Assembly (NCBI GenBank): GCA_041739675.1
Contig: JBGSNL010000053.1
Location: 1-57,679, forward strand
DNA from: a bacterium
GTDB lineage: Bacteria; UBA10199; 2-02-FULL-44-16; DYJF01
Direction of reading: 5' to 3'
Length of the DNA stretch: 57,679 nucleotides
Below are positions 8,301-18,770 of the stretch, in pieces. A model generated the notes under the pieces. The model did not search any database, was not told the origin of the DNA, and saw only the letters and a list, made by a program, of their open reading frames with translations. The translations under genes were made by a program, and so were the position numbers. Positions within the stretch are counted from its first letter, which is position 1, and each line of letters begins with the position of its first letter.

Positions 8301-8886
8301 CAGAGGCTCCGGAAATATTCTGGGGCGCGCGCAATCCGGCCACGTCGCCGCGATCGGCTACGAAATGTACACAAAGCTCTTGAACCGGGAGATAAAAAAG
8401 TTGCAGGGCAAGAAAGTTGAAGAGGAGATAGATCCCGAGATCCACTTGCCCATCTCCGCTCTCTTCCCCGAATCCTACATCGCCGATCCCGGAACGCGCA
8501 TCGATCTCTACCGGAAGCTCGCTTCCAGGGAGACGGCGGACGAAGTCGCCGAAATGGAGGGCGAGATCGTGGACCGCTTCGGCCCCACACCCCCGGAGGC
8601 GAAAAACCTCGTCGGAATCATGGCGATCAAGGTCATGGCCAAGAAGCTCATGATCCGCCAGATCTCGTTTGAGGGGCGCACCTTCGCCTGCCAGCTGGAT
8701 GCCACGAATCCGCTGGATCTAAGGCTTGTGGCGGAGCTTGTCGAAAAGGAGGGCGCCCGCTTCCGCCTGAGGCCGCCGGACCGCATTTTGTACATCACAG
8801 CCGGCCCGGAGGGCCCTGAAGACATAATAAATGAGGCCAAAAACTTCTTGAGCCGGCTTGCTTCCTGTGTTAGCTCCGCATCCTGA
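5320..8886 (+). CDS. mfd: transcription-repair coupling factor
   Basis: UvrB-like N-terminus, RID (VHELHGIGRY), CGDVGYGKTEVA, DEEQRFGV, TATPIPRTL, QIRGRVGRS, TRCF C-terminus. Confidence 0.97.
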   Translation: MSSPLSGILKAIEEGTKQVNVNGLCGSSSAYFISKIIGINPGGTILILTSNPDRARDLEEDLKFFVNPDRLADTVLFPSPDVLPYSQLSPEPRLWADRMNLLFELAHGRPKVIVAPVFASYRLLPPKIFVANAERMLRVETQIDREDLISWAAEMGYTDTGVVEDIGEFAVRGGIIDLWSPTLETPVRLELEGDKIFSMRKFDPASQRSQEDIKEVSIIPVRDAPFSKEGCRLALNSIIKLAEETDFPVGEKRRLLEMVGERISFAGVETFMPLFHGTTATLLDYLPHDALIVYDDPLAISQSAKAHLDSISDLAEHTTSLERLIPPSRLYVTKEKWDAEAAKFQQMFLNALVISPSPSPSPIKGEGTDTIPSPLVGEGQGEGASFVVETYANTDIRPTMEGHLKDEDPLVPVINLLSQRQAKGEHVILTCHTKIQADRLKDLFRWRGLALAEFDAPFETIHGMSSAAFRLRMARLTAGFGWPAESLSIVTDEELFGSKVVRRPAARQPIEHFTSFSELADGDYIVHELHGIGRYRGLKNLTIAGTESDFMLLEYLGGDKLYLPVYRLNLLQRYVGPGDAPPFLDRLGGTRWDKAQKQARHDILTIAKELLKIYAEREIYPGFPFPSSDTNFEEFAAAFPYDETPDQERAIEDVIRDMEIEKPMDRLICGDVGYGKTEVAMRAAFKATLAGKQTAILVPTTLLALQHYESFTKRFKTAPVRIEMLSRFRSKKEQQAIIDEIGRGTIDIVIGTHRLLQKDVAFKDLGLLVIDEEQRFGVSHKEKIRKLRATVDCLTLTATPIPRTLHMSLTGMRDISVIDTPPVDRLSISTHIVPFDDGVIRHAILQEIGRGGQVFFVHNRVETIKSMEEHLTKLVPEAKIAVAHGQMKEHELEDVMTRFLVNESNVLLTTTIIESGLDIPSANTIIVNRADTFGLAQLYQIRGRVGRSNLRAFAYLLIPADGDITDVAKKRLTVLQRFTELGSGFQIAMHDLEIRGSGNILGRAQSGHVAAIGYEMYTKLLNREIKKLQGKKVEEEIDPEIHLPISALFPESYIADPGTRIDLYRKLASRETADEVAEMEGEIVDRFGPTPPEAKNLVGIMAIKVMAKKLMIRQISFEGRTFACQLDATNPLDLRLVAELVEKEGARFRLRPPDRILYITAGPEGPEDIINEAKNFLSRLASCVSSAS
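6383..6468. repeat. palindromic REP-like doublet inserted in-frame in mfd
   Basis: CACCCTCTCCCTCACCCTCCCCCATCAAGGGGGAGGGA ... TCCCCTCTCCCCTTGTGGGAGAGGGTCAGGGTGAGGGG form an inverted pair of hairpins encoding SPSPSPSPIKGEG...PSPLVGEGQGEG. Confidence 0.8.
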
Positions 8887-9791
8887 TGATAAGATATATA
8901 ACCCCAATCGCAATCGCGACGGCCATTTTGATGGCCTCGTGCTCCGGCACCGTAGTCGCCAGAGTGGACGGCTCCAAAATCACGAAGACCGATCTTGAGA
9001 CCTCAATTGCGATCGAAAGAGAAAAATACGACCCCATAGTCTTGAAGACCAAAGAGAACGCCCGTGCCTTCAAGCAGGCCGTGCTTGAAAATCTGATCCA
9101 GGAGACGATCCTTCTCAACACCGCTAAAAATGAAGGGGTGAATATTTCGAAAGACGAACTTTCAAAACGGCTGGAAAATCTTTCCGAGCCGGTGATGCTT
9201 GAAAAGCGGGCGGTCAAGGCCGACACGTGGAAAGAAAAACAGAAGCGCCGGATGATCATAGCCAAACTTATCGAAAAAGACGTGGCCGAGAAAATACCGG
9301 TGAGCGAAGGCGAGATAGAGGCCTACTACAAGAACCACAAAAATGATTTCAATCAGCCCACGCAGTACCACGCGCGCCAGATCGTCGTGGACAGCAAGGA
9401 GCTTGCCGGCAAGATAGAAGAGAGGATAAAAAAGGGCGAGGATTTTGCAAAACTGGCTGAGGAATTTTCCCTCTCCCCCGATAGAAAACGCGGCGGAGAT
9501 CTCGGTTTTTTCAACGCGGCCACCTTCCCGCCGATTTTCTCGGAGATCTGCGATAAGCTCAAGCCCGGTGAAACAAGCGGCGTGGTCGCCACCGACTACG
9601 GTTTTCAGATTTTTCAGTTGATCGAAAAAAGGCAGCCGCGCCAGCTCACGCTGGACGATTCGAAACCACGGATCGAATCGATACTCAAAGAAGAGCAACT
9701 GGAAAAAACTTTCGACGAATGGTTCAAATCGCAGCGCGAGAAGGCGAAGATAACAATTGACGAAAAGGAACTGGAGAAAATCAATGTATAA
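8886..9791 (+). CDS. parvulin-type peptidyl-prolyl isomerase lipoprotein (PrsA/SurA-like)
   Basis: LMASC lipobox; YHARQIVV...FAKLAEEFS...GGDLGFF...TDYGFQI rotamase domain. Confidence 0.9.
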   Translation: MIRYITPIAIATAILMASCSGTVVARVDGSKITKTDLETSIAIEREKYDPIVLKTKENARAFKQAVLENLIQETILLNTAKNEGVNISKDELSKRLENLSEPVMLEKRAVKADTWKEKQKRRMIIAKLIEKDVAEKIPVSEGEIEAYYKNHKNDFNQPTQYHARQIVVDSKELAGKIEERIKKGEDFAKLAEEFSLSPDRKRGGDLGFFNAATFPPIFSEICDKLKPGETSGVVATDYGFQIFQLIEKRQPRQLTLDDSKPRIESILKEEQLEKTFDEWFKSQREKAKITIDEKELEKINV

Positions 9792-10401
9792 AAAAATCAT
9801 CCTGTGCCTGGCTTTGCTACTTTGCGCCTCCACCGCGTTTGCCGAGACGATAGACCGCGTCGCGGCCGTCGTGGACGGCGAGATCATCACCGAATATGAT
9901 ATCACGAGGACGATGGCCCAATATCAGAAGGCGAACCGCGTCCCCAAAAGCGGCGAAAACATGAAGCGCAACGTGTTGGACGACCTCATCGACGATCTGC
10001 TCCTGAAGCATGCGATGGAGAAATCGCAGATAACCGTTGACGACGACGACCTTGCGCGCGCGATCGCAAACGTTCTGCGCCAGAACAAAATGACGCCTGA
10101 AGAGCTCAGGGCCGATCTCGCCGCGAAAGGGATAAGCTACGAGGCCTATAAGCAGCAGGTTGCGCAGCAGATACGCATGATCAAGTTCACGAACCAGATA
10201 ATAGGCCAGCAGGTGAAACTCACCGACCGCGAACTCAGAGAGTTCTACGACCGCAACAAGGACCGTTTCGGCGGAAGCTCCTCCACGTTCGAAGCCCAGA
10301 GGGAAAAGATCTACGACACGCTATATGAAGAGCGTGTAAATGAAGCGATGCACGGCTTCATCGTGGCGCAGCGTCAGCGGGCATATATCGATATCCGATA
10401 A
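9784..10401 (+). CDS. SurA N-terminal-domain chaperone
   Basis: Signal peptide followed by DRVAAVVDGEIIT; mfd-surA-pdxA context. Confidence 0.85.
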   Translation: MYKKIILCLALLLCASTAFAETIDRVAAVVDGEIITEYDITRTMAQYQKANRVPKSGENMKRNVLDDLIDDLLLKHAMEKSQITVDDDDLARAIANVLRQNKMTPEELRADLAAKGISYEAYKQQVAQQIRMIKFTNQIIGQQVKLTDRELREFYDRNKDRFGGSSSTFEAQREKIYDTLYEERVNEAMHGFIVAQRQRAYIDIR

Positions 10402-10404
10402 ATT

Positions 10405-11367
10405 ATGATTCGCATAGGGCTGACAATGGGCGATCCCAAGGGGATCGGCCCCGAAATAATAGCGAAGGCGATGAAGGTCGTCGCTCCGGAGATCCGCGGG
10501 AGGCTCCGCATATACGGCGACCGCACGGCGCTTGAGGCGGCGTCCAACCTGACGGGCTTCGCGTTCGATCCCAAGCAGCTGGCCATCACGTCCTCAATCA
10601 CCGCACCCGTCGGAAGCGTTTCCGATCCAGACGCCGCAAGGGCCGCCCTTTCCGCGCTCGATGCGGCAATTGCCGATGTGAAAAGCGGCGTTACAAGCGC
10701 GGTCGTCACGGCGCCTGTCAACAAGAAGCGCATACAACTCATCGATCCTTCATTTTTCGGCCATACCGAAAGGCTGGCTAGGGCGGCGGGCGCCAAAGAC
10801 ATCGTCATGATGTTCTCCTGCCCTGCAAACGTTCCGAACCATCAGGCTCTCCGCATAAGCCTCGTCACGAGCCACGTGGCGCTCAAAGACGTGTCGGCGC
10901 GTCTCACAAGGCAGCGCATAGTGACGACCATACGTCTAACTAACGATGCGCTCGTCAAATATTTTGAATGCCCGACGCCGCGAATCGCCGTTCTGGGGCT
11001 TAATCCGCACGTGGGCGAGGGCGGCTCTCTTGGAACGGAAGAGGGAGAGATCATCGTCCCCGCAATTGAAAAAGCACGCAAGGACGGCATAACCTGTATC
11101 GGCCCCCTTCTCCCCGAAGTTGTTTTCTCGAAGACAGGCGACATAGATTTCGACGGTATTGTCGCAATGTACCACGATCAGGGGCTCACACCGATAAAAC
11201 TCGTCAGCCCGAAGAAGTCGGTCAACATCACCTTGGGCCTGCCTTTCATAAGGACATCGCCCGGCCACGGAACGGCCGAGGACATAGCATGGCGCGGAAA
11301 GGCCTCCGAGGACGGCATGGTTGCCGCAATCGAAATGGCTGAAAAATTGCTGAGGAGAACGACATGA
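10405..11367 (+). CDS. pdxA: 4-hydroxythreonine-4-phosphate dehydrogenase
   Basis: TMGDPKGIGPE, TAPVNK, GHTE, GLNPH, AMYHDQG, NITLGLPFIRTSPGHGTA. Confidence 0.95.
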   Translation: MIRIGLTMGDPKGIGPEIIAKAMKVVAPEIRGRLRIYGDRTALEAASNLTGFAFDPKQLAITSSITAPVGSVSDPDAARAALSALDAAIADVKSGVTSAVVTAPVNKKRIQLIDPSFFGHTERLARAAGAKDIVMMFSCPANVPNHQALRISLVTSHVALKDVSARLTRQRIVTTIRLTNDALVKYFECPTPRIAVLGLNPHVGEGGSLGTEEGEIIVPAIEKARKDGITCIGPLLPEVVFSKTGDIDFDGIVAMYHDQGLTPIKLVSPKKSVNITLGLPFIRTSPGHGTAEDIAWRGKASEDGMVAAIEMAEKLLRRTT

Positions 11368-12764
11368 TAAAATTCGGCACGGACGGTTGGCGCGCGGTTA
11401 TAGGCGAAGATTTCATCCCCCAAAATATAGAGAAGGTCGTCCAGTCGTTTGCGGATCTTTATACAAAGATGCCGGAAGCGGGAAAGCCGGTAGTCGTCGG
11501 TTACGACAGGAGAAACCAGTCCCCTGAGTCGGCTGAGATAATCGCGGCGGTCCTTCTGGGCAACAACATCCCCACAATACTCTCCGAGATATTCTGCCCC
11601 ACACCCACTGTGTCGTGGCTCGTCAAGACGAAGGGGTGTGCGGCCGGCATCATGGTGACAGCCTCCCACAATCCGCCAAAGTGGAACGGAATAAAGTTCA
11701 AAGAGAGCTATGGCGGTGCCGCATCGGAGGATTATGTTCGGCCCATCGAGGAGCAAATTCTGGCAAATGACAAGGCAACCAAGAGCCCAAAGACGGCAAT
11801 GGTTAAGGGCAATAAAAACTTCGAATTATTCAACCCTTACGGCGAATATCTGAACCAGTTTCGCAACTTCGTGAACATAGATCTCATCAGGAAACGGGGC
11901 TTCAAAATCGTGGTGGACCCCCTTTACGGAGCCGGCACGGGTTACTTCCCCCGTCTCCTGGGCGACTCGGTGGAAGAAATTCATAACAAGGACGACATAA
12001 CGTTCGGCGGGATAAACCCCGAACCCATACCGCCCAATATCAACGAGCTCATCTCCATGATGAGAGCGGGCGGACACGACATCGGGCTCATCACCGACGG
12101 CGACGCGGACCGCGCAGGCGCGGTCGACGAAAACGGCAACTACATCACGACACACGAGATATTCTCCCTTCTCATCAAGCATGTCGTAGAAAACAAAAAA
12201 TGGACGGGAAAGATCATCAAGTCCATATCCACAACGATGATGATAAACAGGCTGGGCAGGAAGTATGGCCTTGAGGTGAAGACCGTTCCCGTGGGTTTCA
12301 AATACATAAGTCCCGCCATGAAAGAACCCGGCGTTCTGATCGGCGGCGAGGAGAGCGGCGGATTCGGTCTGCCGCGCCACATCCCGGAGCGCGACGGAAT
12401 CTTCTCCGGGCTCCTCCTTCTCGAGCTCATGGCTATGACGAAGAAGAGCCTTAGCGGCCTTGTCGCCGATCTGCAGCGCGACGTGGGGCCCACAAAATAC
12501 AAGAGAATCGATATGCATCTCACAAAGCAGGAGATCGCCACGGCCCGGGAGAAGATGAAGAACCTGAATTTCGATTCGATAGACGGCAAGAAGATGGTGA
12601 AACGCGAGACGATGGACGGAATTCACTTCCTCTTTGACGACGACAGCTGGCTTCTGTTCCGCGCATCGGGAACCGAACCGCTCGTCCGTATCTATGCAGA
12701 AGCTCCCACTGTGGATCGCGTCGAGGACATGCTCAAGACCGGACGGACGGCGATAGGACTTTGA
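11364..12764 (+). CDS. phosphoglucomutase/phosphomannomutase family protein
   Basis: FGTDGWR, TASHNP, DGDADR, GEESGG, RASGTEP. Confidence 0.95.
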   Translation: MIKFGTDGWRAVIGEDFIPQNIEKVVQSFADLYTKMPEAGKPVVVGYDRRNQSPESAEIIAAVLLGNNIPTILSEIFCPTPTVSWLVKTKGCAAGIMVTASHNPPKWNGIKFKESYGGAASEDYVRPIEEQILANDKATKSPKTAMVKGNKNFELFNPYGEYLNQFRNFVNIDLIRKRGFKIVVDPLYGAGTGYFPRLLGDSVEEIHNKDDITFGGINPEPIPPNINELISMMRAGGHDIGLITDGDADRAGAVDENGNYITTHEIFSLLIKHVVENKKWTGKIIKSISTTMMINRLGRKYGLEVKTVPVGFKYISPAMKEPGVLIGGEESGGFGLPRHIPERDGIFSGLLLLELMAMTKKSLSGLVADLQRDVGPTKYKRIDMHLTKQEIATAREKMKNLNFDSIDGKKMVKRETMDGIHFLFDDDSWLLFRASGTEPLVRIYAEAPTVDRVEDMLKTGRTAIGL

Positions 12765-13468
12765 TGGAATCCTCGGAAAAAATCCTTGCCAGCGCGGTAG
12801 GTGTCGGCGTCGGAACCATCGGACTATGGGGTTCGATGGAATACGCAACCTGGCAGCTTGGAAAACACTTCCACAACGACCTCCACCACAGAGTCAATGA
12901 CGCCTGCGGAGTGAACCTGAACGACGGGCAATGGGTCCGCCTGCTGGGCACCGAAGATTGGCTAAAGTATAGAAGTGGTCTTTCACTCCTTCCTGTCGGC
13001 GAGCGTTTTTGGAAAATGTCGGGTCCGCTATTGATGTCTTGGACGGGCTCGTCTCTGGCCAGCGCGTCGGTGAGATGGGGCGCCGCCGAGTTTATGGATC
13101 TCGATGGATATAAAGGTTTTCTTGCGTACGCCGCCGCTTCTCTGACAATCACTGCGGCCACATGGAAGTATTTCTACGGAATGTCAAACCGGTTTGTAGC
13201 TATCGAAGCCCTGAGCGCAAACGATCCGATCTGCCGAACTGCCAGAGCCATATATAATGAAGGGAGCCAGTCCACTGTGACAGGTCTCGTCGAAGCTGAA
13301 CAAATCCCCGAGCAGAGCCACACGGCCCGGGCAACGATGCCACCACGGCATACAACCGTCAGGGACCGCCGGACACCATTGCGCTATTATGCAAATCGAA
13401 GGGCCACGACCCTCGCGATTCCTATATTTACGCGCCCTGCATTTCTCTGCCCTGCCCGGGCTTATTAA
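12764..13468 (+). CDS. hypothetical membrane protein
   Basis: Long ORF coupled to both neighbours (TGATG and TAATG overlaps); hydrophobic segments; no recognisable family. Confidence 0.6.
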   Translation: MESSEKILASAVGVGVGTIGLWGSMEYATWQLGKHFHNDLHHRVNDACGVNLNDGQWVRLLGTEDWLKYRSGLSLLPVGERFWKMSGPLLMSWTGSSLASASVRWGAAEFMDLDGYKGFLAYAAASLTITAATWKYFYGMSNRFVAIEALSANDPICRTARAIYNEGSQSTVTGLVEAEQIPEQSHTARATMPPRHTTVRDRRTPLRYYANRRATTLAIPIFTRPAFLCPARAY

Positions 13469-13884
13469 TGAATAAGCCGACGATAAGACGCGCAAATCAA
13501 AAGGACACGCCGCAAATCAAAGACATCCTGCGCGACCTCGATCTCTATCATCCTTCGCGCATACCCGACGACTTCTGGGTCGCCGATGAGAACGGCAAAA
13601 TCGTCGGCGTGTCGTGTCTCACCGATTACGACGACTTCCTCTTCTTGAGCTCCGTCGGCGTCATAGAAACCCACAGGCACAAGGGTATCGCCAAATCGAT
13701 CCTCGAAGAAATCTTCTCCGGTACAAAAAAAGATATCTATCTCTACACGATCATTCCCGATTTTTTTAAGCAATTCGGCTTTCAAATTGTGGATGCGCCG
13801 AAAAAAATCCCCTCGAGAGAATGTCTCGGCTGCGAGAGCTGTCGCCTCGACAACTGCGTCTGCATGCTGAAGACCGTGGCTTGA
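13468..13884 (+). CDS. GNAT family N-acetyltransferase (ArgA-like)
   Basis: IRRA...SVGVIETHRHKGIAK...FFKQFGF; Cys-rich tail. Confidence 0.85.
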   Translation: MNKPTIRRANQKDTPQIKDILRDLDLYHPSRIPDDFWVADENGKIVGVSCLTDYDDFLFLSSVGVIETHRHKGIAKSILEEIFSGTKKDIYLYTIIPDFFKQFGFQIVDAPKKIPSRECLGCESCRLDNCVCMLKTVA

Positions 13885-13936
13885 AAGCTCATTTTCGATT
13901 GCAAATAAGTCCTCCAGCGTTTAAGAATTACCGGTT

Positions 13937-16744
13937 ATGCCCATCAACGACATCATTATAAAGGGTGCCCGCACCCATAATCTCAAAAACATCGATCTGA
14001 CGATCCCGAAGAACAAGTTTGTGGTCATCACGGGACTTTCGGGATCGGGGAAATCCTCCCTCGCCTTCGACACGATCTACGCCGAGGGGCAGCGCCGCTA
14101 TATCGAATCCCTCTCCGCATATGCCCGCCAGTTTTTAGAGCAGATGGAAAAACCCGATTGCGATTCCATTGAGGGGCTCTCCCCCGCCATATCAATCGAG
14201 CAGAGAACGACGTCGAGGAACCCGCGCTCCACGGTGGGAACTTCTACAGAGATCTACGATTATCTGCGCCTTCTCTTCGCGCGCGTCGGCAAACCCCATT
14301 GCTACAAATGCGGAAGACCCATAGCGGCGCAGACAATCTCGCAGATGGTGGATCAGATCCTTGATCTGCCCGAAGGGAGCCGCATCTCGATTTTGGCCCC
14401 AATCGTGCGCGGGAGAAAAGGCGAATACTCAAAGGAGCTCGCAAAACTTGCAAAGGAAGGTTTCATACGCGCAGTGATCGACGGCGAAATGAAAGAGCTG
14501 GGGCAGACAATCGATCTCGACAAAAAAAAGAAGCACGATGTCGATCTGGTCGTGGATCGCCTGGTTGTGAAGTCGGGCATCAAAACGCGGCTTGCAGATT
14601 CGCTGGAGACCGCGCTCAAATACGGCGAAGGGCTCGTAAAGGTTGATCATGAGGGAAAAGAGCTCCTTCTTTCTGAAAAACACGCCTGCATCTATTGCCG
14701 GATATCTTATCCAGAGATCACGCCGCAGCTCTTTTCATTCAACAGCCCGAAGGGGGCGTGCCGCGACTGCGACGGCCTGGGCACAAGGCAGTATTTCGAT
14801 CCCGACCTCATCGTCCCCAACAAGAATCTTTCGCTCAGGGAACAGGCGATCGTTCCATGGAGGACAAAAACCTCCACACATTACATCCACACCTGCGAGG
14901 CGCTGGCGAAACACTACAGCTTCGACATCTACACACCGTTCAAGGAGCTGCCGAAAAATATACAGCAGGCAATCCTCTATGGTTCCGGAGAGGAAAAAAT
15001 CCGCTTCTTCTACGAAGAGGGAGACAGAAAACATTTCTATCAAACTCCGTTTGAAGGCGTGGTGGGCCAGCTGGAGAGGCGCTGGAAAGAGACAAGCTCC
15101 GCCTATATCCAGCAGGACATCGAGCGCTTTATGAATTTCCGCGCCTGCCCCACCTGCAAAGGAGCGAGGCTCCGCGAAGAGGGTCTGCACGTGCTCGTAG
15201 GGAACAAAAACATCGCGGAAGTTACGGCACTCCCAATCCGCGACACGAAGAATTTTTTCGGTTCGCTTAAACTTTCCAAAAAAGACGAGATCATAGCCTC
15301 AAGAATACTTAAGGAAATTCGCCAGCGGACGGGTTTTTTGACAGACGTCGGTCTCGATTATTTGACACTCGACAGGTCCTCCATGACACTGGCGGGCGGC
15401 GAGGACCAGCGCATCAGACTTGCAACACAGATCGGCTCCGCGCTCACGGGAGTTCTCTACGTCCTTGACGAGCCATCTATCGGACTGCATCAGCGCGACA
15501 ACGACCGGCTCCTTTCAACACTTGTGAAACTACGCGATCTTGGAAACACGGTTCTTGTCGTCGAGCACGACCGCGAAACGATCCTCTCGGCCGACCACAT
15601 CATAGATCTGGGCCCCGGAGCGGGGGTGCAGGGCGGACACGTGATCGCGACCGGCACTCCAAAAGAAATAATGGGTAACGATAAATCGCTGACCGGTCTT
15701 TATCTCGCAGGCAAAAAGACAATCGACACTCCGAAAAAACGCAAAAAATCCGCCGACAAGCTGGTGATCAAGGGTGCCAAGGAACATAATCTGAAAAATA
15801 TCGACGTTGAGATACCCTTAGGCGTCATGACCTGCGTCACCGGCGTTTCGGGTTCGGGGAAATCAACGCTCATCAACGAAACACTCTACCGCGGCCTGAT
15901 GCAGAGAATCTACCGCTCCAAGGAGACCGCAGGCGAGATGGACGATCTCATAGGCTGGGAAAAACTCGATAAGGTAATAGATATAGATCAGTCGCCGATC
16001 GGGCGGACACCGAGATCGAATCCCGCAACGTACACCGGAGTCTTCACGTTCGTCCGCGATCTTTACACGCAGCTTCCGCAATCGAAGGCGCGCGGCTACA
16101 AGCCGGGCCGCTTCTCGTTCAACGTCAAGGGCGGCAGGTGCGAGGCGTGCGAGGGGGACGGTATCATCCGCATCGAGATGCACTTTCTGCCCGACGTCTA
16201 CGTCGAGTGCGAGGTCTGCAGGGGAAAACGCTTCAACCGCGAGACACTTGAGATAGAGTACAAGGGCGCATCGATCGCAGACGTCCTTTCCATGACCATC
16301 ACGCAGGCGCAGAAATTTTTCGAGAACATTCCCCCTATCCGCCACAAACTTGAGACGCTTCTGGACGTGGGGCTGGGCTATCTTGAACTCGGGCAATCGG
16401 CCACGACTCTTTCGGGCGGCGAGGCTCAAAGGATAAAACTCTCGCGGGAACTTTCAAGGCACGACACCGGCCGCACCCTCTACATCATGGACGAGCCCAC
16501 GACGGGCCTTCATTTCGACGATGTGCAGAAACTTTTGGACGTATTGAACCGGCTTGTGGGCAGGGGAAATACCGTCATCGTCATCGAGCATAACCTTGAC
16601 GTTATCAAGACGGCGGATTATTGTATCGATCTTGGGCCCGAAGGGGGGGATGCGGGCGGCGAAATAGTGGGCACGGGGACACCTGAAGAGCTTTCCTCGA
16701 ATCCGCGCTCGCACACCGGAAAGTATCTGAAAAAGACCTTATAA
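13937..16744 (+). CDS. uvrA: excinuclease ABC subunit A
   Basis: [10 protein letters not shown], two GxSGSGKS Walker A motifs, zinc fingers, [11 protein letters not shown]. Confidence 0.98.
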   Translation: MPINDIIIKGARTHNLKNIDLTIPKNKFVVITGLSGSGKSSLAFDTIYAEGQRRYIESLSAYARQFLEQMEKPDCDSIEGLSPAISIEQRTTSRNPRSTVGTSTEIYDYLRLLFARVGKPHCYKCGRPIAAQTISQMVDQILDLPEGSRISILAPIVRGRKGEYSKELAKLAKEGFIRAVIDGEMKELGQTIDLDKKKKHDVDLVVDRLVVKSGIKTRLADSLETALKYGEGLVKVDHEGKELLLSEKHACIYCRISYPEITPQLFSFNSPKGACRDCDGLGTRQYFDPDLIVPNKNLSLREQAIVPWRTKTSTHYIHTCEALAKHYSFDIYTPFKELPKNIQQAILYGSGEEKIRFFYEEGDRKHFYQTPFEGVVGQLERRWKETSSAYIQQDIERFMNFRACPTCKGARLREEGLHVLVGNKNIAEVTALPIRDTKNFFGSLKLSKKDEIIASRILKEIRQRTGFLTDVGLDYLTLDRSSMTLAGGEDQRIRLATQIGSALTGVLYVLDEPSIGLHQRDNDRLLSTLVKLRDLGNTVLVVEHDRETILSADHIIDLGPGAGVQGGHVIATGTPKEIMGNDKSLTGLYLAGKKTIDTPKKRKKSADKLVIKGAKEHNLKNIDVEIPLGVMTCVTGVSGSGKSTLINETLYRGLMQRIYRSKETAGEMDDLIGWEKLDKVIDIDQSPIGRTPRSNPATYTGVFTFVRDLYTQLPQSKARGYKPGRFSFNVKGGRCEACEGDGIIRIEMHFLPDVYVECEVCRGKRFNRETLEIEYKGASIADVLSMTITQAQKFFENIPPIRHKLETLLDVGLGYLELGQSATTLSGGEAQRIKLSRELSRHDTGRTLYIMDEPTTGLHFDDVQKLLDVLNRLVGRGNTVIVIEHNLDVIKTADYCIDLGPEGGDAGGEIVGTGTPEELSSNPRSHTGKYLKKTL

Positions 16745-16809
16745 AAAAGCTAGCAACTAATTCCCGGGCCTGCCGATTAATGGGCACAAACCGAACAAAA
16801 GGAGAGGAA

Positions 16810-17880
16810 ATGAAAACACTATTTTTCGCCGTCTCGATGCTGGCCGCGTCCACGTTCGCGTTCGCCACGCCGGCCCTGCCCGGAGTTAAGGCCAAAGCTG
16901 CACCGCAGACCGTTCAGACAGGCCCCAGACAGTTCATCCAATCGATGGCCCTTTCGAACGGCGCCGGAGCGACGATCACGCTCGTAGCCGACTGGTCGGA
17001 AGAGGCGCACATGCAGACCGTTCTGACAACCGTGCTGGCCGATTTGAGCCGCGTCGATCAGGAAGTCAACGGCGGAGAAGCGGGTCAATTGGCAAAGATC
17101 AATGCCCTCACAAAGGGTCAGGAAATCCAGTTGAGCGACGAGCTCTACGCTTTCATCTCAAAGGCCAAAGATCTTGCCGACCTGACGAACGGATGGTTCG
17201 ATATAACAAGATCGTCCACCGGCGGATGGTTCAATGCCAAGAACTTCAGGAAAATTTCACTCGACGATACCAAGAAGACTCTCACGTTCAAAGGCGACGA
17301 CATGCAGATCGACATCTCTTCCATCTGGCCCGCCTATCTTGTCGACTATGCTATGACAAAACTCGCCGCTGAAGGCATCACAAACGCAAAAGTCGAGATT
17401 GGAAACGTGAACCGCAACATAGGCCAGGACATCTACACCGCATGGAACGTGTCGGTCGACATACCGAACCCGAATTCGGCCAATGCCTACCGCTCCTACG
17501 TTTACAGTTTTTCAAACAAGGCGGTGGCTTCACTCGTTCCGGAAAGACTTTCAACTCAGATAATAGATCCCAGAAACAACGAGCCGGTTTCAAATACGTT
17601 CAAGAACGTCACAGTCTTCGGGGGAGACTCTATGACGGCGTCGGCTTTCGCGGTCGCCCTGTACACGCTGGGGCCGAAAGACGCGGTAGGATTTGCCGAC
17701 CAGCATCCTGAGATCAAAAGCATCTTTGTCGATGATTCTGGAAAACTCATCTCCTCCAGGGACCTGACGATCACGCATCCCAACTACAGCGCGGAAAGCG
17801 AAACCGCCGCGCCGACGACGTCGGTCGACAAGGGGCCCAATGATCTCAACAAGAAGAAGGCGGAAGAGTCGAAAGATTAA
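16810..17880 (+). CDS. ApbE-like (FAD:protein FMN transferase fold) secreted protein, degenerate
   Basis: Signal peptide; TNGWFDIT and IIDPRNNEP resemble ApbE, but the canonical motifs are altered. Confidence 0.75.
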   Translation: MKTLFFAVSMLAASTFAFATPALPGVKAKAAPQTVQTGPRQFIQSMALSNGAGATITLVADWSEEAHMQTVLTTVLADLSRVDQEVNGGEAGQLAKINALTKGQEIQLSDELYAFISKAKDLADLTNGWFDITRSSTGGWFNAKNFRKISLDDTKKTLTFKGDDMQIDISSIWPAYLVDYAMTKLAAEGITNAKVEIGNVNRNIGQDIYTAWNVSVDIPNPNSANAYRSYVYSFSNKAVASLVPERLSTQIIDPRNNEPVSNTFKNVTVFGGDSMTASAFAVALYTLGPKDAVGFADQHPEIKSIFVDDSGKLISSRDLTITHPNYSAESETAAPTTSVDKGPNDLNKKKAEESKD

Positions 17881-18769
17881 AAAAGCTCGTTTGAGCTTAC
17901 TGGTTCTTGCACTATTGACCGTAAGCGTTCCTTCATATTCACAGGAAACCGCACCTCAGCAGTTTCAGCAGAACTTTTCCATCCGCGGCCGGATAAACGG
18001 CACGGTCATCATCCTCGGCTGGCCGCAGGATCAGGCTAACATCCAAAAACTTGCTGATATGGTCGTAGCTGAAGCGGAGCGCACCTACAATCTTCTCGAT
18101 GCCGCGAACCCCGCAAGCGAAGTCGCAAAGCTCAACGCCTCGGGCGGCAAGCAGAAGGTAAGCTGGCAGGTTGCCGACGCCTACAAAGCCGCAAGGAAGG
18201 TCGCTTCGTTAAGCGGCGGCGCTTTTGACGTCGTGGTCGTCGGCGGCGATTACAATTCGATCGACGTTGACGAAAAAAACGATACAGTAGAGCTCAAAAA
18301 GGGCGGAATGGAGACGCGCTTCGACCCGATCATCGAAGGCATTCTTGCCGACTACATCATAACGCTGATAGGCCAGGCGAACATGAAAAACGCGATGGTA
18401 AGGGTCGGCAACGTCTTCCGCGGCAGCGGCACCTCGCTGCACGGGCCATGGGCGATACAGGTTCAGGAGGATTCAACTTCCTACGCGCGCCACGCCCTCA
18501 ACATAACGGTTTCAAACACAGGGGTGGCGACCATCAGCGCGACCGATTTCAAATCAAAACCCTTAATCGACTATCGCTCAAAAAATGCCGTCACGCCGTC
18601 ATCCAAAGGCGCCACCGTGATGATGAACGAAGCGGCCCTTGCACAGGGGATCGCATATGCGGTATTTGTCGTCGGGCCCAAGGACGGGATGGACCTTTTG
18701 TCGAAGGCCGGAGCCCGCGGATTGATAGTGGACGCGGAAGGTAAATTTTTGAGAACACAGGGAATGTGA
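17840..18769 (+). CDS. ApbE-like secreted protein, degenerate (start uncertain)
   Basis: SEVAKLN, SGGAFDV and PWAIQVQE follow the ApbE layout; tandem paralogue of the previous gene. Confidence 0.75.
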   Translation: MISTRRRRKSRKIKKARLSLLVLALLTVSVPSYSQETAPQQFQQNFSIRGRINGTVIILGWPQDQANIQKLADMVVAEAERTYNLLDAANPASEVAKLNASGGKQKVSWQVADAYKAARKVASLSGGAFDVVVVGGDYNSIDVDEKNDTVELKKGGMETRFDPIIEGILADYIITLIGQANMKNAMVRVGNVFRGSGTSLHGPWAIQVQEDSTSYARHALNITVSNTGVATISATDFKSKPLIDYRSKNAVTPSSKGATVMMNEAALAQGIAYAVFVVGPKDGMDLLSKAGARGLIVDAEGKFLRTQGM

Positions 18770-18770
18770 C

